DNA of 64,000 nt, taken from the IMG/VR virus record IMGVR_UViG_3300027708_000015; one strand, written 5' to 3'. Position numbers and translations under genes: made by a program. Numbering within the stretch: the stretch's first letter is position 1; the number at the start of each line of letters is the position of its first letter. Shown one piece after another: positions 25,945-38,400 of this stretch. The notes beneath the pieces are model-generated. The model was given only the letters and a program-made list of their open reading frames with translations, made no database searches and had not been told where the DNA came from. The DNA is from a virus. Lineage: Duplodnaviria; Caudoviricetes.

Positions 25945-28900
25945 ATGAGTTCAACCACAAGACAAAATAATCTGCTTATGGCAGAAGATTGGCAAAAGAT
26001 ATATCAAAGTTTTAGGAATGCAGATTTCCAAAGCTATGATTTTGACAATCTGCGTCGAACAATGATTGATTACATTCGTACTAACTTTCCTGAAGATTTT
26101 AACGATTATATTGAAAGTTCAGAATACCTTGCGCTTATCGATTTAATTGCTTTTATAGGACAAAGTGTAGCTTTCCGCGCTGACCTAAATGCTCGTGAAA
26201 ACTTTTTAGAGCTTGCAGAGCGTCGAGACAGCATATTGAGATTAGCTCGACTGGTCAGTTACAATGCCAGAAGAACGGTAGCAGGTCAGGGATTATTAAA
26301 ATTTAGCACAATACAAACTACTGAAAATGTTGTTGACAGCAATGGGCGCGACCTTGCTGGACAATTTATATCTTGGAATGACAGCAGTAATCCCAACTGG
26401 TACGATCAATTTATCAAAGTTATCAATTCGGCACTTCCTCAAACTCAGCAGTTTGGCAATCCGGCGGATAGTGCTACCATTTATGGAGTTCCTACTGCAC
26501 AGTACAGATTCAATGCCACTAACAAAGATGTTCCGGTATATTCTTTTTCTAAAACTATAGCAGGTCGTGCAATGGACTTTGAAATAACCAGCACGTCATT
26601 CAATGGACAAACATTTATATATGAAGAAGCTCCAAAGATTGCAAATCAAATTGCTTGTGTGTACAAGGATGACGGTTACGGAGCTGGCAGTCCAGGCACT
26701 GGATTTTTCTTTAACTTTGTACAAGGAACACTCAACACAGGATCGTTCACAATCTCAAACCCCACTACCAATCAATCTATCAATATTGACACACAAAATA
26801 TCAATGATTCAGATGTTTGGTTATATGATTTAAATCAAAGCAATGGATTGGAGAACACACTATGGTTAAAAGTTCCTGCTCTAACAGGAAATAATATTGT
26901 CTACAATGCATTAAATCAAACCACTAATACAATTTATGCAGTAGCCACTCGAGTCAACGATGCAATCAGTTTAAATTTTGCAGATGGCACATTTGGAAAA
27001 CTGCCAAATGGTAATTTTAGAGTTTATTATAGAGTCAGTAACGGTTTAACTTATACCATTAATCCAGCAGACATAGTTAATGTATCAATAGTTATACCCT
27101 ACAAGTCTGCACTAGGCACAAGCGAAACCCTCACAATAGGACTCAGTTTACCCAGCTCGGTTATCAACGCAACTGCCGCCGAAACAAATGCCAGCATAAA
27201 ACAAAATGCACCGCAAACATACTACACTCAGAATCGTATGATCACAGGCGAGGACTACAATGTTAGTCCGCTAGCAGCCAATCTACAAGTGGCAAAAGTA
27301 AAAGCAATCAACAGAACATCCAGCGGCATCAGCAGATATTTTGATCTAACAGATCCTACCGGCAAATACAGCAGTACAAACTTGTTCGCAGACGACGGCA
27401 TAATTTATCAACAATTTTATACTTCAGGCACAACATTTTCTGCATCTGGCACCAAGGTAACCGGAGCCTACATTCAAGGTGTAATTGATAACACTGTGCT
27501 ACCTATCCTAGAAGATCCCAATCTTAGAAATTTCTTTTACTCAAATTTTATTACCTACACTTCTGCCAGTCTCAATGTGTCATGGTATTCAGTGACCGGC
27601 GATAGTAACAGCACCAGCGGATACATAGGTGGCATTGCATCTAAAACACCTTTTGCTGTAGGAACATATACATTGACAGATTTGAGCTATGTTAGGGCTG
27701 GCGCACTGATCAAATTTACTGCACCTGCTGGAAAATATTTTAATACAGCACAATATAATGCTGTCACTACTATACCAACGGTAGCAGGTCAACCGGTAAT
27801 ACCATCAAAGGGTACTAGTTATTTGTGGGCAAGGGTAGTTTCTGTAAACAGCGACGGTACAGCCGGGGGTGTAGGAACATTGTCGACTGGGTTTGGACCA
27901 ATTGTTCTCAGCAAACAAATCCCAACCGGCGCAGTAGTTTCAGCTGTAATGCCTCATTTTGCAACAACCTTGACTTCTAGTGTGCAAGCGTCGATGGTTG
28001 ATTTGATACTGAGTAATTCAACTTTTGGTCTGAGATATGACACTGCTACAACCAGTTGGCAAATTGTTTTTGAACAAAATCTAAATAACAAATCTACGTT
28101 CAGCTTGCAGTATCAGGGCAATAACAGTAACACACAGCAAGACGCCAGTTGGATGCTGTTGTTTACGACAGATACATTGATATACACTATTACAGAACGT
28201 GCGGCACGATATGTATTTGAGAGCAATGCCGAAGTCACATTCTATTTTGATGACAGCGTTAAAATTTATGATATTGTAAAATCAAATACTATTACAGACA
28301 CTATAAAGATACTTAATATCAATACACAGCCCGACAGTGCCTTTCCGTTCACGACTGACTATCAATGGCAAGTGGTTAGTGAATTTATTGGACAAGACGG
28401 ATATATTGATCCTAAAAAAATTATAATAACTTTTGCAGATCCAAGCAACAGTGGAGTAGTTGATAATCCTCAACAGTTTTTAGATATTGTTGCACCTTCA
28501 GTAAATTCATTAAACAAGTACATTGTTGAGAAAAAATATGAGATATCTTTAGGACAGGAAGACTACAAATATGTGCCTAATAATCCATCTACCGGGCCAG
28601 TAATTATATTGCCTACGCAAAGCGCCGCATATCCAGTAAGTCAATGGACAGCTGGACAATACTTTTATCTTGTTGACACACAATTGGTTGTGCAGTATGT
28701 GCCTACCAGTACTACTCAACAACTACAACCTACGTTGGATTATAAAGTCTATTCAGGTAGAGATGGGTTACGATTCCAATATACCCACGGTGCTAATTAT
28801 GATTCAAGGATTGATCCAGGCTCTAGCAACATCATCGATATCTACGTATTGACTCACAGTTATGATACTGCATTTAGGCAGTGGGTAGCCAAGGGTGCCT

Positions 28901-29457
28901 TGCAAGATGGAACCAAGCCATTACCACCAAGTCAGGACGAATTAAATACACTACTATCACCTAACTTGAATTTGATCAAATCAATATCAGATGAAGTAAT
29001 TTATCATTCAGTAAATTACACATTACTTTTTGGGCCAGCCGCCGACCCTGCACTACAGGCAACATTTGAAGTCATGATAAACCCTACATCAGCAGTGAGC
29101 TCGGCCAATGTCATAGCCAGAGTGTTGACAGCAATTAATCAGTTTTTTGCGCTTGAAAATTGGGGGTTCGGTGATACTTTTTACTTTACAGAATTATCAA
29201 CTTATGTAATGAATCAGTTGGCACCGGATGTGATCACATTTGTGATTGTACCAGCTCAAACAGGTAGATACTTTGGAAGTTTATTTGAAATAACATGTCC
29301 TAGTGACAGTCTTTTCTTGAGTTGTGCTACAACAACAAATATACAGGTAGTAGCTGGGTTGACCAGTACTAACCTTAAAACAGTAACGGGCACTGCACTA
29401 GGTGATACAGTGTCCAGTCAACAGATAACCAGTGCAAATTATGGGGCAAATAGTTAA
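25945..29457 (+). CDS. gp6: Baseplate wedge protein (gp6-like, enlarged)
   Basis: SYDFDNLR, FNDYIESSEYLALIDLIAF, NARENFLELAERRDSILRLARL, FADGTFGKLP, YYTQNRMITGEDY. Confidence 0.85.
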   Translation: MSSTTRQNNLLMAEDWQKIYQSFRNADFQSYDFDNLRRTMIDYIRTNFPEDFNDYIESSEYLALIDLIAFIGQSVAFRADLNARENFLELAERRDSILRLARLVSYNARRTVAGQGLLKFSTIQTTENVVDSNGRDLAGQFISWNDSSNPNWYDQFIKVINSALPQTQQFGNPADSATIYGVPTAQYRFNATNKDVPVYSFSKTIAGRAMDFEITSTSFNGQTFIYEEAPKIANQIACVYKDDGYGAGSPGTGFFFNFVQGTLNTGSFTISNPTTNQSINIDTQNINDSDVWLYDLNQSNGLENTLWLKVPALTGNNIVYNALNQTTNTIYAVATRVNDAISLNFADGTFGKLPNGNFRVYYRVSNGLTYTINPADIVNVSIVIPYKSALGTSETLTIGLSLPSSVINATAAETNASIKQNAPQTYYTQNRMITGEDYNVSPLAANLQVAKVKAINRTSSGISRYFDLTDPTGKYSSTNLFADDGIIYQQFYTSGTTFSASGTKVTGAYIQGVIDNTVLPILEDPNLRNFFYSNFITYTSASLNVSWYSVTGDSNSTSGYIGGIASKTPFAVGTYTLTDLSYVRAGALIKFTAPAGKYFNTAQYNAVTTIPTVAGQPVIPSKGTSYLWARVVSVNSDGTAGGVGTLSTGFGPIVLSKQIPTGAVVSAVMPHFATTLTSSVQASMVDLILSNSTFGLRYDTATTSWQIVFEQNLNNKSTFSLQYQGNNSNTQQDASWMLLFTTDTLIYTITERAARYVFESNAEVTFYFDDSVKIYDIVKSNTITDTIKILNINTQPDSAFPFTTDYQWQVVSEFIGQDGYIDPKKIIITFADPSNSGVVDNPQQFLDIVAPSVNSLNKYIVEKKYEISLGQEDYKYVPNNPSTGPVIILPTQSAAYPVSQWTAGQYFYLVDTQLVVQYVPTSTTQQLQPTLDYKVYSGRDGLRFQYTHGANYDSRIDPGSSNIIDIYVLTHSYDTAFRQWVAKGALQDGTKPLPPSQDELNTLLSPNLNLIKSISDEVIYHSVNYTLLFGPAADPALQATFEVMINPTSAVSSANVIARVLTAINQFFALENWGFGDTFYFTELSTYVMNQLAPDVITFVIVPAQTGRYFGSLFEITCPSDSLFLSCATTTNIQVVAGLTSTNLKTVTGTALGDTVSSQQITSANYGANS

Positions 29458-32400
29458 TGGCTAACAATGTTATACCACCCGGAGGATTAGGTGTAAATTT
29501 CCTTCCGGACTTTTATCAAACCCCTGCCAATAAAAAATTCCTGCAGGCCACGATTGACCAACTCTACCAACCAGGAACTATTACCAAGACTAGCGGATTT
29601 ATCGGACGAGAAAACGCCAAGGCTGCCAACGGATCAGATATCTATGTAAAAGCATCCACTCGAGATAGACAGAACTATCAGCTGGAGCCGGGTATCGTAG
29701 TAAAAGATTCTTTAGCCAATGTAACGTTTTTTAGAGACTATCAGGATTACATCAATCAGTTGGGAGTATTTGGAGCAAATACCAACAACCATGCTCGTCT
29801 AAACAAGCAAGAATTATACAGTTGGGATCCACATATTGACTGGGATAAGTTTGTAAACTTTCAAAATTACTATTGGTTACCTTACGGACCTACCACTGTA
29901 AGAATTTATGGACAGCAAGCAACAGCTATCAGCACATACACTGTAGAACTACAGTCAGAAGGCAATGTCAATGAATATCTGTTTACACCAAATGGACTGA
30001 CACTCAATCCTACTATCAAATTATATAGAGGTCAGACTTACAATTTTAATGTTAACAGCCCAGCCAACCCATTCAGTATCATGCTGTCTAGAGCAACAGG
30101 TACTTCTACCCGTTATTCTCAAGGTGTTATTAACAATGGAGTTACTCAAGGAATATTAAAATTCACAGTGCCTATAAATGCCCCCGACCTACTGTATTAT
30201 CAAAGTGAGTCAGATATAGCAGTAGGCGGAGCAATAGAAATTTATGATGTGCTTGCTGATTCCTATATTGATATAGATAATGAAGTGCTTGGTAAAAAGA
30301 AATACACATTGAGCAATGGCACTGAATTGAGCAACGGTATGAAGGTTGCGTTCGGTGGAAATATCACTCCGGAAAAATACGCTAAAGGTAGTTATTATGT
30401 AGAAGGTGTAGGCACTGCAATCAAATTAGTCCCCGAAACTATTCTAGAAATAGTAAGTCCTTATACCACTAATCAGGCTATAGAATTTGGCGCAAGTGCA
30501 TTTGATACAGCACCGTTTGATGATGCCACAGGTTTTGCTACCTTAAAGGACTACATAGTAATCAATCGTGCCAGCAAGGATCATAATCCATGGACACGAT
30601 ACAATCGTTGGTTCCATAAAGATGTGATAGAAACATCGGCAAAATACAACAATGACACTGTATCGTTGGATCAAAATGCTAGAGCAGTACGACCAATCAT
30701 AGAGTTTGAAGCAGATCTCAAACTATTCAACATGGGAACTTCTGCTATAGTTGATATTGATCTAGTTGATGATTTTACTACAGATGTATTTTCAGTCATT
30801 GAAGGCACATCTGGGTACAACATTGACGGTGTACAATTGGTACAAGGGCAAACAATATTATTTTTAGCCGATACAGATCCTTTGGTAAAAAATAATATAT
30901 TCCAAGTTGACTTTGTCAACATACAAGGAACCACACGTATAGCATTGACTCAAGTGGCAACTCCTGTAGAAAATCAAGCAACAATAGTTCTACAAGGCGT
31001 TAAGAATCAGAGTCTAATGTACTGGTTCAATGGCACTACCTGGATCAAAGCGCAACAGAAAACTTCAATAAATCAAGCTCCGTTGTTTGATATATTTGAC
31101 GACAACGGTATCAGTTACAGTAATCAATCAACTTACGTGGGCACTACGTTTGTAGGAACAAAAATATTTTCCTATGAACAGGGCACGGGAATTTCTGATA
31201 CAGTTTTGGGATTCCCGTTAACATATCTAAATGTTTCAAACATTGGAGATATAGTGTTCAGCTTCAATTTAGCTACTGACACTTGGCAATGGAAGAAGAA
31301 CAGTGTAGCAGTCACCGGGCATGTTAATGCTGGCTATCTATTGAGTCAGGATTATGCTGGCAACGCCAAATATGTCAACGGCTGGCAATTGTGCAATACT
31401 TCAACTATTCAAGCCGCTATCCGAATTTATAAAAATTCTGGATTAAAAAATAAATTTGACATTGATGTATATGACAACATTGTCAATCTCAGCGATCTAC
31501 AAGTAAAAGTATACATCAACGGAGTCCGACTAGACAAAAGCGCATGGTCGTTAGTAAAAGGAACTGCCTATTATCAAGTAGTGCTATCAACGCCAATGCA
31601 CTTAACTGATGTTTTGACAATTAGAAGTTTTTCAGCTCAGCCTATAAACGCAAACGGCTATTACGAAATTCCATTAAACTTGCAAAATAATCCATTGAAC
31701 GATGATATCACTACATTTACATTGGGTGAAGTTACAGATCATGTAAACAGTATCATAGAAAATATACCGGACTATGTAAGTATTAGAAATTCAGGAAATG
31801 TTTCTCAGTACGGAACAAAGTTTGTTCAGCATAGTGGCCCGTTGAGCCTTGCATTATACCACATTACTTCAGAATCAAATAATGTTATCAAGGCATTAGA
31901 AACTGCTAGAGATGATTACAATTCATTCAAACGAAATTATATAAACATTGCTGGTTCATCAGGTATAGATGCAAATCCGATTCAACTAACTGAATTATTT
32001 TTACAGAAGCTAAATGCAAATAAACCTAATACTGCGCCCTATTATTTTAGTGACATGGTACCGTACGGTGCTAGTACAACTACAAATTTGGAAGTAGTTG
32101 ATTATCGAATCAAAACATATCCTCTTACCTCTGTGTTCTCATTGGATGTTTTAAGTAATAAAGCTGTAGGTGTTTATCAAACAAAGATAGCAACCGGTAC
32201 CAAATCACAGCTAGTACATGGGCGAGATTATACATTTAGCAATCAAGGATTTGTAGTAATTGATGATAGTGTATCGTTATCCAACGGAGATACAATTACC
32301 ACAGTTGAATACGACAGCACAGATGGATGTTATATTCCAGCAACTCCTACCAAGCTAGGCATGTGGCCTGCATATGTTCCGCAAATCTATCTAGACACCA

Positions 32401-35400
32401 CACTGGTTAATCCACAGAATGTAATACAAGGACACGACGGCAGTATTATTCTAGCTTATAATGACTTTAGAGATGATTTGATATTAGAATTAGAATTACG
32501 TATATACAACAACATCAAGGTCAAATATGACCCTACTATTTTTGACAGTACAAATATAGTTCCTGGATATAATAGAACAAATGATTATTCTTTGTCAGAG
32601 TTTAATCAAGTATTAGCCCCTGCATTCTATCAATGGTCGGGCTTGGTTGGTATTGATTTTACTTTGCCTTTGAACTACGATAGAGGAAATCAGTTTACAT
32701 TCAACTACTCCCAGGATGTTGCTCCAAATCAATCTCCAACTCCTGGCTTCTGGAGAGGAATATATCGTTGGATGTTTGATACTGATCGTCCACATCTGTG
32801 TCCGTGGGAAATGTTGGGGTTCAGTACAGAACCAAGTTGGTGGTCTAGTGTTTACGGTCCAGCGCCCTACACCAGCGACAATTTGGTATTATGGGACGAT
32901 TTATCTACCGGCACTGTAAGAAAACCAGGCAGTGCGTCTGTAGTACTAAGCAAATATGCTAGACCCATATTAAAAGGGCACATTCCAGTTGACCAGGACG
33001 GACATTTATTAAGTCCTATACGTTGCGGATTAGCTCGGGGATCAGAAACACCAAGCATTGGTAATGATTTTGTGTTTGGTGATGTTAGCCCTGTAGAAGC
33101 AACATGGCGACGTAGTAGCTATTATCCATTTAGTGTAATAGTAGCCTCAATGTTGTTGACTCCCGCCAGCACATTTGGTCTGCTACTAGATCGATCAAGA
33201 ACAGTTCGAAATTTGGCCGGACAACTTGTTTACTCTGAAACAAATTTACGTATCAAACCCGCAGACGTAATGATTCCCAGCGTGTATTCTAGTGCAACTA
33301 GAGTACAAACTGCGGGCATTGTTAATTATATTGTTGACCTTATTTCAAATATTATTTTTAGTAATAATCAAGAATCATACAAGTCTTATCAATCAAACTT
33401 GGCTTTGCTAACTGCTCAGCTAAGTTATAGAGTGGGAGCATTTACTAATCAAGATCAATTTAATTTATTGTTAGAAAGTAAAACACCATCAGCAATTGGC
33501 AATGTTTTCATCCCACAAGAAAGTTATAAAATATTTTTAAATTCCTCTAGCCCCACACAGAAAATTACCTACAGTGGTGTGATAATTACCAAGTTATCTA
33601 CTGGATTTGAAATAAAAGGTTATAGTAAAACCCAACCTTACTTCAACTATTATGAGCATATTGAATCAGGAGTTACTATAAATGTTGGCGGAATAAGCGA
33701 AAGTGTAGTAACTTGGACTCGAGGCCAGCAGTATATTGTTGGACAAGTGGTTCAATACAACAACGTATATTATAGGACCAAAATTAAAAATACAGCAACA
33801 CTTGAATTTGAATCAAAATATTTTGTAGCATTGCCTAGTCTTCCTATAGTAGGCGGAGTAAGTGCAACATTTAGAGACAAGTGGAATCAAACTAGTGTTA
33901 AAGTAGCACCATATGGTAAACAGTTTTCAACAGTGCAGTCAGTGGTGGATTTCTTGTTGGGATATGAGCAGTATCTGATCAGTCAGGGCTTTGTCTTTAA
34001 TGATTTCAATAAAAAATTATCGTCAGTAGCTAATTGGTCTACTAGTGCTAAAGAATTCATGTTCTGGACCCTACAAAACTGGTCAAGCGGTAATACTGTA
34101 TGGACCGAATGGGCGCCAAATCAACCATATAACTACGGCACAATAGTGCGTTACAACGGCAGTTACTATAGTGCTCAATACAATATTCTTGCGTTGGGTC
34201 AGTTTGAATTTGAACAATGGACATTGTTACCTGGATTAAGCAATGTGGGAAGTAGTGTAATAAGTCTGAGTCCTGCAGCCAATGGTATAACTTTCAATAC
34301 TACTCTAGCGGTAGTGGACGATATTAAAAATCCATTCAACCGTTATGAAATATTCAAAGTAGACAGTACACCAATACACCCTAATGAACTAGACAGCTAT
34401 AGAATAGGCAATACAATAACATATTCCCCACGTACTGCTGATGGAATTTACTGTGCAAGTTTTTATCTAATACAAAACGAACATGTGGCGATTGTAGACA
34501 ACATGGATATATTCAACGATGTTATCTATAATCCCCCAAGCGGATATCGTAGAGATCGTATTAAACTTTCAGGATATGTTACAGAAGGTTGGTACGGCGG
34601 ATTAGATATTCCGGGATTTATCTTCGATGGTGCAAAAGTACAGGGTTGGCAGCCGTGGCAAGATTATAACATGGCCGATATTATCGCCTATCAAGGATAC
34701 TACTACAGTGCCAATTCGTTTATTGCAGGGTCTGCAACATTTGTGTCATCACAGTGGAATCGATTATCAAAGCAACCATCAGCACAACTACTGCCAAACT
34801 GGACCAATACAGCTACCCAGTTTACAGATTTTTACGGTCTTGACATTGATAATTTCAATACACAGCAACAGGTATTTGCACAACACCTAATTGGGTATCA
34901 AACTCGACAGTATCTGCATAATATCATACAAGATCCTGTAAGTGAATTTAAATTTTATCAAGGAATGATCCGAGATAAGGGCACTCAGAATGTACTAAAT
35001 CACTTGTTCGGAGTTCTCAATGCCGACAAAGTAGAGAGTCTGATGTTTTATGAAGAGTGGGCGATCCGTGTTGGACAGTACGGTGCTTCAAGTGCATTTG
35101 AGGATTTTGAAGTAATCATCGATCAAGCACAGTATAAAAATAATCCGCAGGGCTATTATCTAACAAATTCTTCAAAGTCTGATGTCAGCTATGTTATAAA
35201 TCAACTAGTACCTAATGATATCTATCTGAAACCGTTGGGATATAATAGTAAACCGTTTCCAGTTTTAGAAAAATCTAACCAACTACTGCGTAGTGCTGGG
35301 TATGTCAATCCAAAAGATATCACAATTCAGTTAGGCAGTCTTTCAGAGATAGTGAATTATAGTGTAGCCGCCTTGGCCAACGGACAGTATGTGTCTGTAG

Positions 35401-38400
35401 CATTTAGTGCCAACACTTGGAATGTTTACAGATTTACAGATTTACAGATTCGAGTACTGAATGTAACTTATGTGTTGGAAACAAAAACACTAACCATTAC
35501 TACACAAAATCTATTACCTCTCATGGCAGGAGATTATATCGGTATTGCGCAAGTTGCTAGCATTACAGGATTTTATCAAGTAGCCAGTGTATCATTGAAT
35601 TCATTCACAGTTGTCAGTGCATCGGCTTTGGTAGTGTCCGCGCCCTTCACACAATCCGGACAAGTTGTAGTCTATGCATTAACACCTCAACGTACCACAT
35701 CTATAGATACTCTAGATACAGTGTCTTTGACACATTTACAACCTGGAACATTGGTATGGACTGACGATTCGGGCAACGGCAAGTGGGCAGTATGGCAGTA
35801 CAATAGCGTGTACTCTACACAGAACATACCAGATGTTTCGCCAGCAACTAATTTTAACTTTGGTTCTAGTTTATCGATCAATAGTCAATCAACAATTTTA
35901 GCAGTCGGCGATAGTCAGGGAAGCCTACTGATGTATGACAAGGCAGGATCATCTGTTCCATGGATACGCCGAGGATCAATATCCGCACCGTTTGTGTCAA
36001 AAAGCGGTCCGATAAGTCTAAATCAACTAGCTACGATATCTGCACTGAGTGCCGACGGTACATGGCTAGTAACAGGAAGTCCTACTGCAGGATATGCATC
36101 AACCACGTATCGAGGTGTCTATAATAGCAGTTCAACCTACGCTATTAATAGTATAGTTTCTGTTGTAAATTCTACAAATAATTATTCTTATTATCAAGCC
36201 ATGAAACCGGTGCCAGCCAGCACTCCGCCCACTGATAGGAGTTATTGGTTTATATCTCCGTATATTCCAGTCAGCCAACTGCTAGGTACAGATTCTACAC
36301 TAGCAGGACAAGGCGTTGTCAGCATATACTTAAAAGACTCAAACAACAACTACAGTCTAGTTGACACTATTATCAGTCCGCTGCCAGCGGCTGGCGAGCA
36401 GTTTGGATCTAACATTGTGTTTGGCAACAACAGTCTTTATATAGGTGCTATTGGATATAATAGCGGCGCTGGCCGAGTATATAAATTATCATATATCACA
36501 ACACCACAAGTTACTACGCAGTACAATCCTGTAGGAAGCTCGGCAAGCACGTTAGCAGTCAGCACAACTAGCGGCATACGTCCTGGAATGATAGTACAAG
36601 GTACAGGATTTACTAAAGGCCAAACAGTACAGGCAGTGCTTACTACAACAACATTGCGGTTAAGCGGAAGCCCTGACACAGGAATTACACCTTCTGGAAT
36701 ACTTAATTTTGTAACCAAAAGTTGGACATATGATTGGAGTGAAAACTACATAGGAACCCCATCAAGTGCTTTGGGTTCTACAATAGCAATCAGTGCCGAT
36801 GCTACAACACTTGCAATTAAATCGATTGGCAAAGTCAACATTTATAAAAATACCGGCAGTGGTATGACCATGTTACCAGCAGTGCTAGGTAGCGATGCAT
36901 ATTTTGGGATGGGACTATCTGTGTCAGCAGACGGATCTTATATTGCTATTTCTAATGATACTGTTGGCCCTGTAAGCCAATCAGGCGGCGTGACGATATA
37001 TTATTATACTAATGGGGCCTATACTCAGTACCAAAGTTTGGTCAATCATCGGCCAGAGACTAATGGACTGTTTGGAAACAAATTAGCGTTCATGTCCGAC
37101 GACACGATTGTGGTATATAGCAAAAACGGTGATAGCCAGATCAGCACACCGTTTGATAATAATACAACAACATTTGATAAACGATCTACAAATTTTGTCA
37201 CACTAGAAGTTAACAGCGGTCGTGTTGATATCTATGACAGATATAAAACCAAATGGGTGTTTGGAGAAAGTCTAATATCGACCAATTTACCAAGTGACGG
37301 ATATGGAACAGGATTCGCAGTCGGAACAAATCAAGTTGTAATAAGTGCGCCAAACGCTACTGATCAAACTCTTGCATCGGGATTGGTATATAGTTACGGT
37401 AAGACAGCTGACGCATATACTTGGTCGCAGTATCAACAACAAGATTTAGTTGCTGATATCAGCAAAATTAAAAAAGCTTTCTTGTATAATAGAAAATTAG
37501 GAACCTTGGTAACTTATCTCGATATAATTGATCCGTTACAAGGAAAAATCGCTGGTCCTGCACAAGAGGAAATATCTTATCAAACTTTTTATGATCCTGC
37601 AAGTTATTCGTATAGTGATGGTACAACAGCCGCAACAGTTGATGTTGATGCGTTCTGGGAAGATCTGCCTATAGGACAGTTGTGGTGGAATTTGGCCACT
37701 ACAAAATTCTTGGAAAATAATTTTGAAGATCCGGCATATAGAACTAGTGCTTGGAATACCCTAGCAAAAGGGGCCAGTGTAGACATATACGAATGGGTAT
37801 CATCAAATTTATTACCAGCCAACTGGGATATTCAAGCAGACACTCCAGCTGGTTTAGCTAAGGGCATAAGTGGAAAGAGTCTATACGGCAATTCTGCATA
37901 TAGTGTAAAACAAAATTATGACAACATTAGCAAAACGTTTTACAGCACATACTATTACTGGGTTAAAAATAAACTAGTTGTTCCATCAAATGTAGCCGGA
38001 AGACACATGGCATCTCGTGATGTTGCATTATTAATAGCCAATCCGAGAGCTCAAGCATACACTTGTTTAGCTATAACTGGAGCAGACTCGTTTAGTTTAA
38101 TCAATGCTTCCCAATATCTAAAAAATACTGATGTTGTATTGGCCATTGAATACTGGACTATTGATAAAACAGATCAAAATGTACATAGCCAGTGGAAATT
38201 AATCAGTAATGATACATTGGTAAATCTTCCCTTGCATATTGAACGCAAGTGGATCGACAGTTTGTGCGGAGTTGACAGTGAAGGTCGTCTAGTCCCAGAT
38301 CCTCAGTTACCGGCTAAATTACGATACGGTATCGAAAATAGACCTCGTCAGGGTATGTTTGTCAATCGTATAGAAGCATTAAAACAATTTATAGAGCGTG

